From a virus (taxonomy: Duplodnaviria > Heunggongvirae > Uroviricota > Caudoviricetes): a stretch of 64,000 bases of DNA. Positions 1-8,223 of this stretch are shown one piece after another. The notes under the pieces were generated by a model. That model saw nothing but the letters and a program-made list of their open reading frames with translations. It ran no database searches and was not told the origin of the DNA. The translations under genes were made by a program, and so were the position numbers. The DNA is taken from the IMG/VR virus record IMGVR_UViG_3300044295_000306, one strand, 5' to 3'. Numbering within the stretch: position 1 is the first letter of the stretch; every line of letters starts with the position of its first letter.

Positions 1-126
1 GGTTTGAACTTCTTTACATATGTCCGAATAGTATTCAGAATCATATGCCGAACCAAATTCACATCCACTTTAGTCTTACTAGAACCAATCTGTTCCATAA
101 GATTGGAAATAGCGACCTGATTAAAA

Positions 127-501
127 TCAAAAATGATCATTATATTTCTTCTCAATATTAAAAATTAATTGTGTAACATATTCCGTATCAAGTTCAGTCG
201 AGAAATTATCCTCAAAAGGAATTACAGATATCTCATGCTTATTTATATCATACCAACAGCAGATACAAACTTCCTCTTTAGGTCTATGAATTCTAATATC
301 ATGAATAGTTCGATGTGGAGGAAATACTTCACTCTTCAATGAATCCCTATGTATATACACATTATAACACTCATGTTCCTGAGTTGAATCTATATCTTCA
401 AAACATATCATAATGCCAGGATAATAAATCTTATCATTTCTAAATCTCTTTATCCATGACTTGATTATATCTGTATATACTCTGTCATCGTCCAAAAACA
501 T
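127..501 (-). CDS. hypothetical protein
   Basis: 124-aa minus ORF; stop overlaps start of next ORF at 501. Confidence 0.4.
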   Translation of the reverse strand: MFLDDDRVYTDIIKSWIKRFRNDKIYYPGIMICFEDIDSTQEHECYNVYIHRDSLKSEVFPPHRTIHDIRIHRPKEEVCICCWYDINKHEISVIPFEDNFSTELDTEYVTQLIFNIEKKYNDHF

Positions 502-1577
502 TACAATACTCTCAGCAAAACAGTATCGGCATTGATTCTACCGTTAAGTTTAATCTCTTTTGCTTTGATATTACCGATCAAATTACGCAAAAACACTTTA
601 CCTTCTGTAGGAATCTTACTAATAACTTGATCGGGTTTCCGAACAGTTTTCGCAATAGATTTAGATTCTGAATAATTCAATACAGAAGTACCTTTGAATC
701 CAAAACCAGATACATCATCAGCATAATAACATCCGACTTTCCGTGTTTTGATATTGTACACCCATAGACTTTGGGCACCAATGATCTTCTGCGGATCAAT
801 CGATTTAATACCAAGTTTCTTATCTTCCTTACAATACTTGATCTTTCCAACAAGCTGTTCAGCGGTCTTTACTTTACGTTTTCGCGGTTTTCGTGTTTTC
901 TTGGATTCACCAATCAGTTTTTGTGTATCATCAATAATCGATTGGATATAATCAATAAGTTTCTTGATTCCACTCTTTTTAAGATTAGAATAACCTTCAA
1001 TCAATTGTGGATTGGTAGACTTAGAAACAAATTCCAAATCATCACGAATATCTTTAAAATGCTTAACAATGAAGATACAATGAACGCTCTTCATGTTTTT
1101 TTCAATCATCACACCAAGAGGAGAACTACTTTTCTTGAATGAAGAATGGACATATTCATCAATACAACCTTCAAGTTCTCCAATACATTCACGCGCTTTT
1201 TCTTCAATTCTATCACGAATCGAAACGGTTTGTTTGATAACTTCTTTCTTAGCTTTCTTTTCCTTATGTTTCAGGAAATCAATCTTATCAGTAAAATAAA
1301 TCATATCTTTTGGAGATAGTTTAGCACCGCGAGAAAGCATACGGCATAACCAACCAAAAGTATTTGGCATTGTATCGATTCGATTATCAGTTGAAGTGAT
1401 TTTGTTCTTTTTCAGATAATCATTAATATACTTCTTGGCATTCTTAGAATCACGATTAGATGAATACCAATTGAGACTTTGAATAAGAGTTGTCTTTTCA
1501 AGGATAGAATCATTAAAGGTAGGTTCGCCACCAGTAAGGATTTTCTCATATTCTTGCTCAGTAAGCTTTTTAGCCAT
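501..1577 (-). CDS. hypothetical protein (Lys-rich, 358 aa)
   Basis: long minus ORF, no recognisable motif. Confidence 0.45.
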   Translation of the reverse strand: MAKKLTEQEYEKILTGGEPTFNDSILEKTTLIQSLNWYSSNRDSKNAKKYINDYLKKNKITSTDNRIDTMPNTFGWLCRMLSRGAKLSPKDMIYFTDKIDFLKHKEKKAKKEVIKQTVSIRDRIEEKARECIGELEGCIDEYVHSSFKKSSSPLGVMIEKNMKSVHCIFIVKHFKDIRDDLEFVSKSTNPQLIEGYSNLKKSGIKKLIDYIQSIIDDTQKLIGESKKTRKPRKRKVKTAEQLVGKIKYCKEDKKLGIKSIDPQKIIGAQSLWVYNIKTRKVGCYYADDVSGFGFKGTSVLNYSESKSIAKTVRKPDQVISKIPTEGKVFLRNLIGNIKAKEIKLNGRINADTVLLRVL

Positions 1578-1865
1578 TTAAATAATCTCAAAAAATGATT
1601 TATATTGTGCGTCTTTAATTACAAATCCGATACCATCATCAAGATTTTCATTTCGATGTTTCGGATAAACAACACTTACAGCATAATCCATAGCTTCTTG
1701 AATGTTATCAAATGACACTGAATTACCAAAACAATCTCGGATAATCGTTGGTTCAAGTGAGAAATATAGTGTTTCAGGATTGAATTCTTGATACACTTTA
1801 GCTAGATTTTTAACATATCCGGCGCGATAGCCATCAAGTGTTTTGAGAATATAGATACCTGCCAT
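1578..1865 (-). CDS. hypothetical protein
   Basis: 95-aa ORF directly abutting neighbours. Confidence 0.4.
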   Translation of the reverse strand: MAGIYILKTLDGYRAGYVKNLAKVYQEFNPETLYFSLEPTIIRDCFGNSVSFDNIQEAMDYAVSVVYPKHRNENLDDGIGFVIKDAQYKSFFEII

Positions 1866-2077
1866 TATCGTTCCAGAATCACATAATCACCAAAATACTT
1901 ATCAAACACTTGAATTAGATTCTCATAATCGCCAGAAGTCATTTCGGTAATGATTTCGTTTTTGTTTAATCCAAGTTCTTTCGCATAACGATTAGCATAT
2001 CCCATTAAACAATATGCATTACCCTCAGGACCAGTCAGATCAATTACAGGTTTATTATTTCTTTTTTTACGGATCAT
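1865..2077 (-). CDS. hypothetical protein
   Basis: 70-aa ORF; ATGA start/stop overlap with downstream ORF; sigma70-like promoter at 2105-2140. Confidence 0.4.
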   Translation of the reverse strand: MIRKKRNNKPVIDLTGPEGNAYCLMGYANRYAKELGLNKNEIITEMTSGDYENLIQVFDKYFGDYVILER

Positions 2078-2155
2078 TTCATCACCTCACATAATAATTA
2101 TATCATTTCCATAGATATTTGTCAATGAACGTAAGTCATTGATTTTATTGATAAA

Positions 2156-2233
2156 TGGTGGGCCCAGCAGGACTTGCACCCGCACTCCTTCGATCGAAGG
2201 AGTCGAACGCTTTACTGTTTAAGCTATAGGCCC
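2156..2233 (-). tRNA. tRNA-like gene, isotype undetermined (atypical anticodon arm)
   Basis: RC shows acceptor GGGCCCU/UGGGCCC, T-arm GCGGG-UGCAAGU-CCUGC, encoded CCA; anticodon region is a 20-nt perfect palindrome ACUCCUUCGAUCGAAGGAGU giving a 9-nt loop. Confidence 0.4.
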
Positions 2234-2235
2234 TT

Positions 2236-2841
2236 TTAAATCTGTAATAGTGTTGATTCATCATAAGAACCAAGAGTACCCTTAACAAAGGTATTAAATG
2301 CAAGACTACATCTTACATTAGATCCTTTCTTAAAATCAACACCATGTGTTAAACTGGAAGGAAAGATAAGAAGATCACCAGTATTGACCGAAAATGGCCA
2401 TGTAACTGAATTCCATTGATTATTAGATTCTGCTGGTATTCTTAATTGATTGAATGTTTCATTATAGAAATTAATCGAATCATTCAATGCATTGATATAA
2501 AGAACACCCGAAACAATACTATTAGGATGATTATGTTTGTGGTGTGCTTGACCCTCGGAAGTCCAATTAAGCCAAGATTGTGTTATTTGAAACTTAACAT
2601 CAAACTTAGGTCTAATGATTTCTTGCATGTAAGTATGTAGATTAGCTTCGATAAATTTTTTAATGTTATCACAGATAGGATTGTTTAATACAAATCTATC
2701 ATCTGATAGTTCATTTCTGCCTAGATTGGGCACAGTAATATTACGGAGTTTTTCGAAAAATTGATTTTCCTCGGATGTCCATTCCCTGAAAATATTTGAG
2801 TAATATACAGGAGTTGGAAAAATATCAAAAATATGATTCAT
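2236..2841 (-). CDS. 2OG-Fe(II) oxygenase superfamily protein
   Basis: His-rich HKHNHPNS...LTHGV motifs typical of 2-oxoglutarate/Fe(II) dioxygenase fold. Confidence 0.5.
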   Translation of the reverse strand: MNHIFDIFPTPVYYSNIFREWTSEENQFFEKLRNITVPNLGRNELSDDRFVLNNPICDNIKKFIEANLHTYMQEIIRPKFDVKFQITQSWLNWTSEGQAHHKHNHPNSIVSGVLYINALNDSINFYNETFNQLRIPAESNNQWNSVTWPFSVNTGDLLIFPSSLTHGVDFKKGSNVRCSLAFNTFVKGTLGSYDESTLLQI

Positions 2842-2858
2842 AAATAATTTTATTTTCT

Positions 2859-3209
2859 ATGCAAGGTATTCATTTAATAGGGGATTTTAGTGATTGTCTT
2901 GAAAATACAAGACTCATTAATCTTGTAAATTTTCAAGCGTTATGCTTGAAATATGTTGAGGAATCAAGATTAACATCACTAAATTATATATTTCATCAAT
3001 TTGATGAGGGTGGATTTACTGGTGCTATTGTTCTCGCTGAATCTCATTTAGCTATTCATACATGGCCAGAAAAAAATGGATTTACTCTAGATGTTTATGT
3101 ATGTAATTATTCACAAGATAATACTATTAAAGCAAAATGTCTATTCAATTTAGTTGTGGATTATTTTAATCCTATTAATAGGATTATTCAAGAAATAACT
3201 AGAAGTTAG
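2859..3209 (+). CDS. speD: S-adenosylmethionine decarboxylase proenzyme (small bacterial class 1 type)
   Basis: ESHLAIHTWPE pyruvoyl-processing motif plus N-terminal G-HLIGDF-C signature; one of few plus-strand genes. Confidence 0.65.
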   Translation: MQGIHLIGDFSDCLENTRLINLVNFQALCLKYVEESRLTSLNYIFHQFDEGGFTGAIVLAESHLAIHTWPEKNGFTLDVYVCNYSQDNTIKAKCLFNLVVDYFNPINRIIQEITRS

Positions 3210-3304
3210 TGGTACTCCCCCACGGAATCGAACCGTGCCGTTGCAGCCCATCTGACCGCTCTCCCGGACTTATAAGATCCAGCCGCTCACCAAAGCTGAG
3301 GAGC
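3210..3304 (-). tRNA. type-II (long variable arm) tRNA with anticodon UAU (non-canonical combination)
   Basis: acceptor GCUCCUC/GGGGAGU, anticodon stem CUGGAU/GUCCGG loop CUUAUAA, 26-nt variable region, T-arm CACGG-UUCGAUU-CCGUG, A73, CCA encoded. Confidence 0.5.
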
Positions 3305-3310
3305 AATTAT

Positions 3311-3387
3311 TGGTACCTCTCCTCGGATTCGAACCGAGAAACTACTCCTTTTGAGAGAGTTGACTTTACCAATTTGTCCAGAGAGGC
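3311..3387 (-). tRNA. type-I tRNA with anticodon CAA (Leu anticodon in short-variable-arm body)
   Basis: acceptor GCCUCUC/GAGAGGU, anticodon stem ACUCU/GGAGU loop CUCAAAA, T-arm CUCGG-UUCGAAU-CCGAG, CCA encoded. Confidence 0.5.
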
Positions 3388-3506
3388 AATACATCAGGAT
3401 AGTTTTCTACTTTTTATTTATAGTGAGAAATCGAAACTCACTTTGATATTATTTTTCAAATATCTATCTAAAATGTAATTAGTTGCAGAACCTATCCTAT
3501 TTTTAA

Positions 3507-4925
3507 TTACAGACTATATCGATCTTTCATTACAGTTTCCATCATAATATATTCTGGTGTGAAATTATCCAGATTACCCTTAAGCAATGAAGTAAGAATA
3601 CTAGGACTGAATCCAGAAACAAGTGCAGTACCAGATTCATTAAATTTCACAGGCACGTTATCATGTGCATGTAGATTCCAGAAAACAACACGAGGAGCAT
3701 TATAACCATTCGCTTCATACTTCCGACGAATCATTTCAATTGCACTGTCATCGTGTTGAGTACAAGAATCAAATTGCATGTCTGAAAGAATCAATAGCAT
3801 TTCAGGCATTTCACTTTGTGGAACTTTACCAGCAACCGCTACATTCAAAATCTTTTTAAATGCAGCAACGATATCGGTATTCATACTCCATTTTGATCTA
3901 ATCATCTGATCAATTTTTTCGTGAATATTACCGGTCAAATGCATCAATTCAGGTGAACCAGAGAAAGTCAAGAACGTATCCTTAAACTTCCCTTTATTCT
4001 TTTCAGCTAGATATAGACCCAAACTGACTGATACATCAAGACAAGTAAGATTCTTGTTTCCACCAACAGAACAAATCATTGATCCAGAAACGTCAACTAG
4101 TGGAAGAATGTTTGCATTACCAACATAGTTAGGCAAAGCTTCCCATTGTTTTTGAATAAGATCCTTTTCCACTTTATCGTAAGTTTGATTAAAACCAAAA
4201 GCACCAATACGACCCTTCAATACATCATGAGGAAAAATAGCGGATGCATTCACTTTTACATTCTTTTCACCTTTTACAAGGGAATCAACATATTCAGCAT
4301 ACTTTGGAGTATGACGATTGAATGCTTTCTTATACCGTGCTGCTGCAATAGAAGGAACATGACTGAAATTGATATTTTCCCAATCATTCGCACACATTTG
4401 AGTTTCAACAACCTTAGTCAATTCTACCAAACGCTTCCGATAGAATTTTGGAGTCCAACCAAAATATGAACGCAATTCAACAGCCTTTTCACCCTTTCGA
4501 GGCATCCATTTTGCACAAAGTCCATGACCAGCATCAAGAGCATTCTTGATCAAATCAAATGCAACATTACGAACATCACCAGATTCAAAAACAAGAAGAT
4601 CGTCCCAACGACCCACTTCAGGAACTTTATGAAGAAGTCGAATAGCATCTTGTGGATAATTTTGTGCAAGATATTTTAGAATTTGCCGAAAGATTTCACG
4701 TTCACCAGCGCCACCGCGAACATCACGTGCCCATTGTGCAATACGCAATGCAATTTCAGCATCTTCAACATAAGCACCCACAAAAGAAGGAATAATGTTT
4801 TGACCGCGGGATGCGCCGATCTTGAAAAAAAGATCAACATTCTTATTTGCGGTTTCAACACGGGCTCGCATACCATTAGTGGTACGAGTTTCTTGATTAA
4901 TAACAGCATTAACGAAAGTATTCAT
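3507..4925 (-). CDS. TROVE-like/DUF2828-type protein with C-terminal von Willebrand A (MIDAS) domain
   Basis: N-terminal LFFKIGASRG... region, C-terminal VDVSGSM MIDAS motif; 472 aa. Confidence 0.5.
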   Translation of the reverse strand: MNTFVNAVINQETRTTNGMRARVETANKNVDLFFKIGASRGQNIIPSFVGAYVEDAEIALRIAQWARDVRGGAGEREIFRQILKYLAQNYPQDAIRLLHKVPEVGRWDDLLVFESGDVRNVAFDLIKNALDAGHGLCAKWMPRKGEKAVELRSYFGWTPKFYRKRLVELTKVVETQMCANDWENINFSHVPSIAAARYKKAFNRHTPKYAEYVDSLVKGEKNVKVNASAIFPHDVLKGRIGAFGFNQTYDKVEKDLIQKQWEALPNYVGNANILPLVDVSGSMICSVGGNKNLTCLDVSVSLGLYLAEKNKGKFKDTFLTFSGSPELMHLTGNIHEKIDQMIRSKWSMNTDIVAAFKKILNVAVAGKVPQSEMPEMLLILSDMQFDSCTQHDDSAIEMIRRKYEANGYNAPRVVFWNLHAHDNVPVKFNESGTALVSGFSPSILTSLLKGNLDNFTPEYIMMETVMKDRYSL

Positions 4926-5149
4926 AATATTTACCTTTTTTCATCTGAATAGTTGTTATGATTTTTTAAAGATGATCATAAACATCTAACGGTTGCAGCT
5001 TTCGCTGCCCATGTATTTGCTGAACCTATTCATTTCTCAATCAACGGGATATCTTTTTCTTTTTTCAATAAAAGATTTTTTAATTGCTGAATGTATCCCA
5101 TATTTCTACAGATTCATCTTTATGCCAATTTACAGTTGGATTTGGTTTG

Positions 5150-5195
5150 ATTGCTGAACTGAATCTATTTCACTTATATTACTTTATTTACTGCA
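5150..5195 (-). promoter_or_regulatory. sigma70-like promoter (TTGACA-17-TAATAT)
   Basis: RC reads GCTTGACAAAATGCAGTAAATAAAGTAATAT upstream of 3507..4925. Confidence 0.5.
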
Positions 5196-5228
5196 TTTTG
5201 TCAAGCATTAGGAAACACTTTTTATTAC

Positions 5229-5301
5229 TGGCACCCCTAGAAGGAGTCAAACCTCCGCAAGCTGGATTAGAAGTCCTGCCGCCGGATTCGCCGGTAGGGG
5301 T
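5229..5301 (-). tRNA. tRNA, probably Arg(UCU), compact D-arm
   Basis: acceptor ACCCCUA/UAGGGGU perfect, T-arm GGAGG-UUUGACU-CCUUC, anticodon stem CAGGA/UCCAG (one A.A) loop CUUCUAA, CCA encoded. Confidence 0.4.
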
Positions 5302-5308
5302 ATTGTTC

Positions 5309-5393
5309 TGGTGCGAAAGGCGGGAATCGAACCCGCAAGCCCAAAGGCGTCGCGGTTTAAGCGCGATGTGTTTGCCTGTTTCACCACTCTCGC
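5309..5393 (-). tRNA. tRNA-Leu(UAA)
   Basis: acceptor GCGAGAG/CUUUCGC, anticodon stem UCGCG/CGCGA loop CUUAAAC, long variable arm, T-arm GCGGG-UUCGAUU-CCCGC, A73, CCA. Confidence 0.65.
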
Positions 5394-5404
5394 AATTCAT
5401 ACAA

Positions 5405-5435
5405 CCATTATACTATAAATTAACTATTTTGTCAA
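5405..5435 (-). promoter_or_regulatory. sigma70-like promoter (TTGACA-17-TATAAT)
   Basis: RC GCTTGACAAAATAGTTAATTTATAGTATAAT; its -10 region duplicates the 5' part of the adjacent tRNA. Confidence 0.5.
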
Positions 5436-5444
5436 GCATTTTTT

Positions 5445-5519
5445 TGGTGCTCTTAATAAGAATCAAACTTATATTTCCGCTTTACCAAAGCGGTGTAATA
5501 GTCATTATACTATAAGAGC
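5445..5519 (-). tRNA. tRNA-Thr(GGU)
   Basis: acceptor GCUCUUA/UAAGAGC, anticodon stem CCGCU/AGCGG loop UUGGUAA, T-arm AUAAG-UUUGAUU-CUUAU, CCA. Confidence 0.6.
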
Positions 5520-5524
5520 ATGTT

Positions 5525-5598
5525 TGGTGCCTCTTGACAGAATCGAACTGCCGTAACGGCCTTGTAAGGACCGAGTTCTACCATTAAACTAAAGAGGC
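5525..5598 (-). tRNA. tRNA-Val(UAC)
   Basis: acceptor GCCUCUU/AAGAGGC, anticodon stem CGGUC/GGCCG loop CUUACAA, T-arm GGCAG-UUCGAUU-CUGUC, CCA. Confidence 0.6.
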
Positions 5599-6162
5599 AT
5601 TTTCTTTCTTAATTCTTTCCATTAAATCATCAAAAAGAATTGGTGTATAATCAAGATGCTCAACCGACACACAATGATACCATGGATCGATCTTATTATC
5701 TTTCATAACACGCCTATCATGTAAATGTCCATGAATATTACCTGCAAATCTCCCTTTACTATCAGGATGAACGGGTACATGACTGAGAATAAAGTTATTC
5801 ATTACATGGTATGCTCTTATATCTCTAAAATACTTAACATATTCTTCTAGTTTAAAGATATCATGATTACCCTTAATAAGAACTTTATCTCCATTAAGCT
5901 TTTCGAGGGTAGGAAATGCTTTTTTGTTAATAAGAACATCACCAAGATGATAGACTTTATCTTTAGGACCAACAACGCTATTCCATTTAGCGATCATATC
6001 TTGATCCATTTGGAATGGATCATTCCATGGACGGAGTTTGGAAACTCCATCAGAGCCTGTAAATTTACAAACACCGAGGTGTCCGAAATGGGTATCTGCT
6101 ACTAAAAAAGTTTTCATAATTTTATATATGTTAGTGGGGTAATCTATGGGTAACGATCCCAT
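5584..6162 (-). CDS. calcineurin-like metallophosphoesterase (Ser/Thr phosphatase family)
   Basis: DTHFGH and GNHD metal-binding motifs. Confidence 0.6.
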   Translation of the reverse strand: MGSLPIDYPTNIYKIMKTFLVADTHFGHLGVCKFTGSDGVSKLRPWNDPFQMDQDMIAKWNSVVGPKDKVYHLGDVLINKKAFPTLEKLNGDKVLIKGNHDIFKLEEYVKYFRDIRAYHVMNNFILSHVPVHPDSKGRFAGNIHGHLHDRRVMKDNKIDPWYHCVSVEHLDYTPILFDDLMERIKKENASLV

Positions 6163-6211
6163 TCTATCACTTTCACAGAGTGAGGTGCTAAACCTTTACA
6201 CTAAGATTACC
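6135..6211 (-). tRNA. tRNA-His(GUG) with encoded G-1 and C73
   Basis: acceptor GUAAUCU/AGAUUAC, extra 5' G opposite C73, anticodon stem UCACU/AGUGA loop CUGUGAA, T-arm AUGGG-AUCGUUA-CCCAU, CCA. Confidence 0.6.
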
Positions 6212-6216
6212 ATTGT

Positions 6217-6291
6217 TGGTCTCACCGAGAGGAATCAAACCTCTATCATGACCTTAGGAGTGTCTTATTCTATTCATTGAACTACGGTGAG
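6217..6291 (-). tRNA. tRNA, probably Arg(CCU) (weak anticodon stem)
   Basis: acceptor CUCACCG/CGGUGAG, D-stem GUUC/GAAU, loop CUCCUAA, T-arm AGAGG-UUUGAUU-CCUCU, CCA. Confidence 0.45.
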
Positions 6292-6294
6292 ATG

Positions 6295-6365
6295 TGCCGA
6301 ATAATGGAATCGAGCCATTGTCTATGTTTTACGAGAACATTGTTTTACCACTAAACTAATTCGGC
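6295..6365 (-). tRNA. tRNA-Thr(CGU), CCA not encoded
   Basis: acceptor GCCGAAU/AUUCGGC, D-stem GUUU/AAAC, anticodon stem AUGUU/AACAU loop CUCGUAA, T-arm AAUGG-CUCGAUU-CCAUU. Confidence 0.55.
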
Positions 6366-6370
6366 TAATC

Positions 6371-6445
6371 TGGAGCGGATATCCGGTAACGATCCGGAAT
6401 CTAAACTTTGGCAAAGTTTCGTGCGTCCATTCTCACTCTATCCGC
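6371..6445 (-). tRNA. tRNA-Gly(GCC)
   Basis: acceptor GCGGAUA/UAUCCGC, anticodon stem AAACU/AGUUU loop UUGCCAA, T-arm UCCGG-AUCGUUA-CCGGA, CCA. Confidence 0.55.
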
Positions 6446-6960
6446 ATTTGTTTCCATCTATTTCGTATAGCATCTGAGATTTTTTTTCTATGCTCAACAG
6501 ATTTTTTTCTGCCCTTTAGTGTTTCGGAAATTTTTTTCCTATTGTTTTCATTTTTCATCGGATGATTTTCCATTATTTTTAGCTTATGGTTTTCCGATAA
6601 TTTAATTCCTTTTTTTGCTTCAGATATCTTTTTCTTTGTTTCATCAGATAGTTTTGCTCCGGTTCTGAGTCCTTTACCTGAGCGATTTATATATCCGAAA
6701 CCACCTTTACCACCATCACAGATATTATATGAATTTTCATTCAAAACCACAAGTTCTTTCTCTTTATTTCGCATATCATTCTCATTATCAAAAATATGGA
6801 GAATTTCTTTTGTGAAATTGTCCATGCCGTATTTTTCAATGGCCTTTTTGATAATTTTTCCAGAGCCCATATAGCCGTCATTCAGGCAGTCTGTCTGGTG
6901 CATTCCGATATAAAACTTGTTGTTTATTTTATTTGTGACTTTATATACCGTATAGAACAT
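6433..6960 (-). CDS. GIY-YIG homing endonuclease
   Basis: N-terminal FYTVYKVTNKINNKFYIGMH GIY-YIG motif, basic C-terminal DNA-binding tail; 3' end overlaps tRNA-Gly. Confidence 0.65.
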   Translation of the reverse strand: MFYTVYKVTNKINNKFYIGMHQTDCLNDGYMGSGKIIKKAIEKYGMDNFTKEILHIFDNENDMRNKEKELVVLNENSYNICDGGKGGFGYINRSGKGLRTGAKLSDETKKKISEAKKGIKLSENHKLKIMENHPMKNENNRKKISETLKGRKKSVEHRKKISDAIRNRWKQMRIE

Positions 6961-7033
6961 TATATTTCTCCTATAATGTTCTATTTAGTCATGCAAGGTG
7001 GCAGGCTACCATTACATCATGACCGCTTTATTT

Positions 7034-7516
7034 CTATGCTGCACGATACTGACTCATGACTTCTTTATAACGATCAGCACAGTAAGATGCCGCAAAAGCT
7101 TGTGGTTTTACTAGAGGAACAACATTACAAGTTCCACGAATATAACCGATAGCTTGTTGTACAACACAGCTTGAACCATGCATTTCATCTGGATTAATAT
7201 CTAGATGAACTTCTACTTCACGATCTTCCAGTACATCAGCAAGTTTTTGAAACATTTCGCTTGCTTTATATACTTCATTCATCAATCTCATTGCAGGTTT
7301 ATCTTTGCGTTGATCATAATCACGTTCTCTTGTTACTTCACCGAATACACGACAACCATGTTTACCATCAACGTGAACAACAACAACGACAGTATAATCA
7401 GCATACCATACGCCATTATTTCTAAATCTTTCCGAATCTGCACCAATATAGATACGAGATTCAGGACTTTGCGCGTCAATGAAAGCTTTTACTTCGTTTA
7501 AATTAATTTTCTTCAT
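7034..7516 (-). CDS. hypothetical protein, possible RNase H-like (DUF458-like) fold
   Basis: IYIGADSE...VVVVVH motif pattern; weak. Confidence 0.3.
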   Translation of the reverse strand: MKKINLNEVKAFIDAQSPESRIYIGADSERFRNNGVWYADYTVVVVVHVDGKHGCRVFGEVTRERDYDQRKDKPAMRLMNEVYKASEMFQKLADVLEDREVEVHLDINPDEMHGSSCVVQQAIGYIRGTCNVVPLVKPQAFAASYCADRYKEVMSQYRAA

Positions 7517-7535
7517 GTTATCACCTCTACGTTAA

Positions 7536-7611
7536 TGGCGTCCCGAGAGAGATTCGAACTCCCACCCTTAGTTTTGGAGACTAATATGCTGCCGTTAAAC
7601 ACTATCGAGAC
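7536..7611 (-). tRNA. tRNA-Trp(CCA)
   Basis: acceptor GUCUCGA/UCGGGAC, anticodon stem UUAGU/ACUAA loop CUCCAAA, T-arm GGGAG-UUCGAAU-CUCUC, G73, CCA. Confidence 0.55.
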
Positions 7612-7614
7612 ATT

Positions 7615-7688
7615 TGGTACCCAGAACTGGTAACGATCCAGTGTCTCTCGGTTATCAGCCGAGGGCTCTACCTTTGAGCTATCCGGGT
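7615..7688 (-). tRNA. tRNA-Ile(GAU)
   Basis: acceptor ACCCGGA/UCUGGGU, D-stem GCUC/GAGC, anticodon stem CUCGG/CCGAG loop CUGAUAA, T-arm ACUGG-AUCGUUA-CCAGU, CCA. Confidence 0.6.
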
Positions 7689-7693
7689 ATAAC

Positions 7694-7769
7694 TGGTGCC
7701 TCCTTGTGGTTACGCTCCACACTCCCACGCTCTTCAGGCGTATGCTTTCACTAGATTAGCTTAGGAGGC
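7694..7769 (-). tRNA. tRNA-Phe(GAA) (unusual T-loop AGCGUAA)
   Basis: acceptor GCCUCCU/AGGAGGC, anticodon stem UACGC/GCGUG loop CUGAAGA, T-stem UGUGG/CCACA, CCA. Confidence 0.5.
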
Positions 7770-8129
7770 TTATCCTGCACTTCTTGTAATAAAGTTAGTT
7801 CTTACCTTCTTGGGTTTGAAATACTTATTAATTAATTCTTTACAAATCTCTACATCAACTGTTTTACAACTAAACACATCGATATAAAAATCACCATTAT
7901 CATCTACAAAATGTCCTGTGATTGAACTAGTCTCAATCATTTGACACAAACTAAATCCTGATTTGGTTGGATCATGTTGAGCAAAATGAACAATAGAAGG
8001 TTCACCATATGCAACCATTTCAATCGCAGGAACAAGTTCTTTTACAAAACTATAAATCTTATCTTTTGATCTAACACAATCAAGTTCACCCTGACTGCAA
8101 TCAAACATTGCATGATAACCCCAATACAT
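7770..8129 (-). CDS. S-adenosylmethionine decarboxylase-like paralog (divergent)
   Basis: ETSSITGHFVDDNGDFYIDVFSC aligns to ESHLTIHTWPE...IDLFTC of class-1 AdoMetDC; N-terminal G-H-F-C pattern conserved. Confidence 0.45.
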   Translation of the reverse strand: MYWGYHAMFDCSQGELDCVRSKDKIYSFVKELVPAIEMVAYGEPSIVHFAQHDPTKSGFSLCQMIETSSITGHFVDDNGDFYIDVFSCKTVDVEICKELINKYFKPKKVRTNFITRSAG

Positions 8130-8148
8130 AATATATATCCTTTTAGTC

Positions 8149-8223
8149 TGGTGGTAATAAAGGGACTTGAACCCCTACCTTACTCCGTATGAAGGAGGCG
8201 CACTACCATTATGCTATATTACC
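8149..8223 (-). tRNA. tRNA with CAU anticodon (Met or Ile2)
   Basis: acceptor GGUAAUA/UAUUACC, D-stem GCAU/GUGC, loop UUCAUAC, T-arm AGGGG-UUCAAGU-CCCUU, CCA. Confidence 0.55.

Noticed and set aside
748-1299. Plus-strand ORFs nested in the 501-1577 gene (748-951, 771-1142, 1093-1299)
   Set aside because: They are shadow ORFs inside a long minus-strand gene. They have AT-rich low-complexity translations and no promoter or SD.
4926-5000. GCAGC-TTTC-GCTGC hairpin as a terminator
   Set aside because: No U-tract follows it on either strand. It lies in the leader of gene 3507-4925 and is more likely a leader structure.
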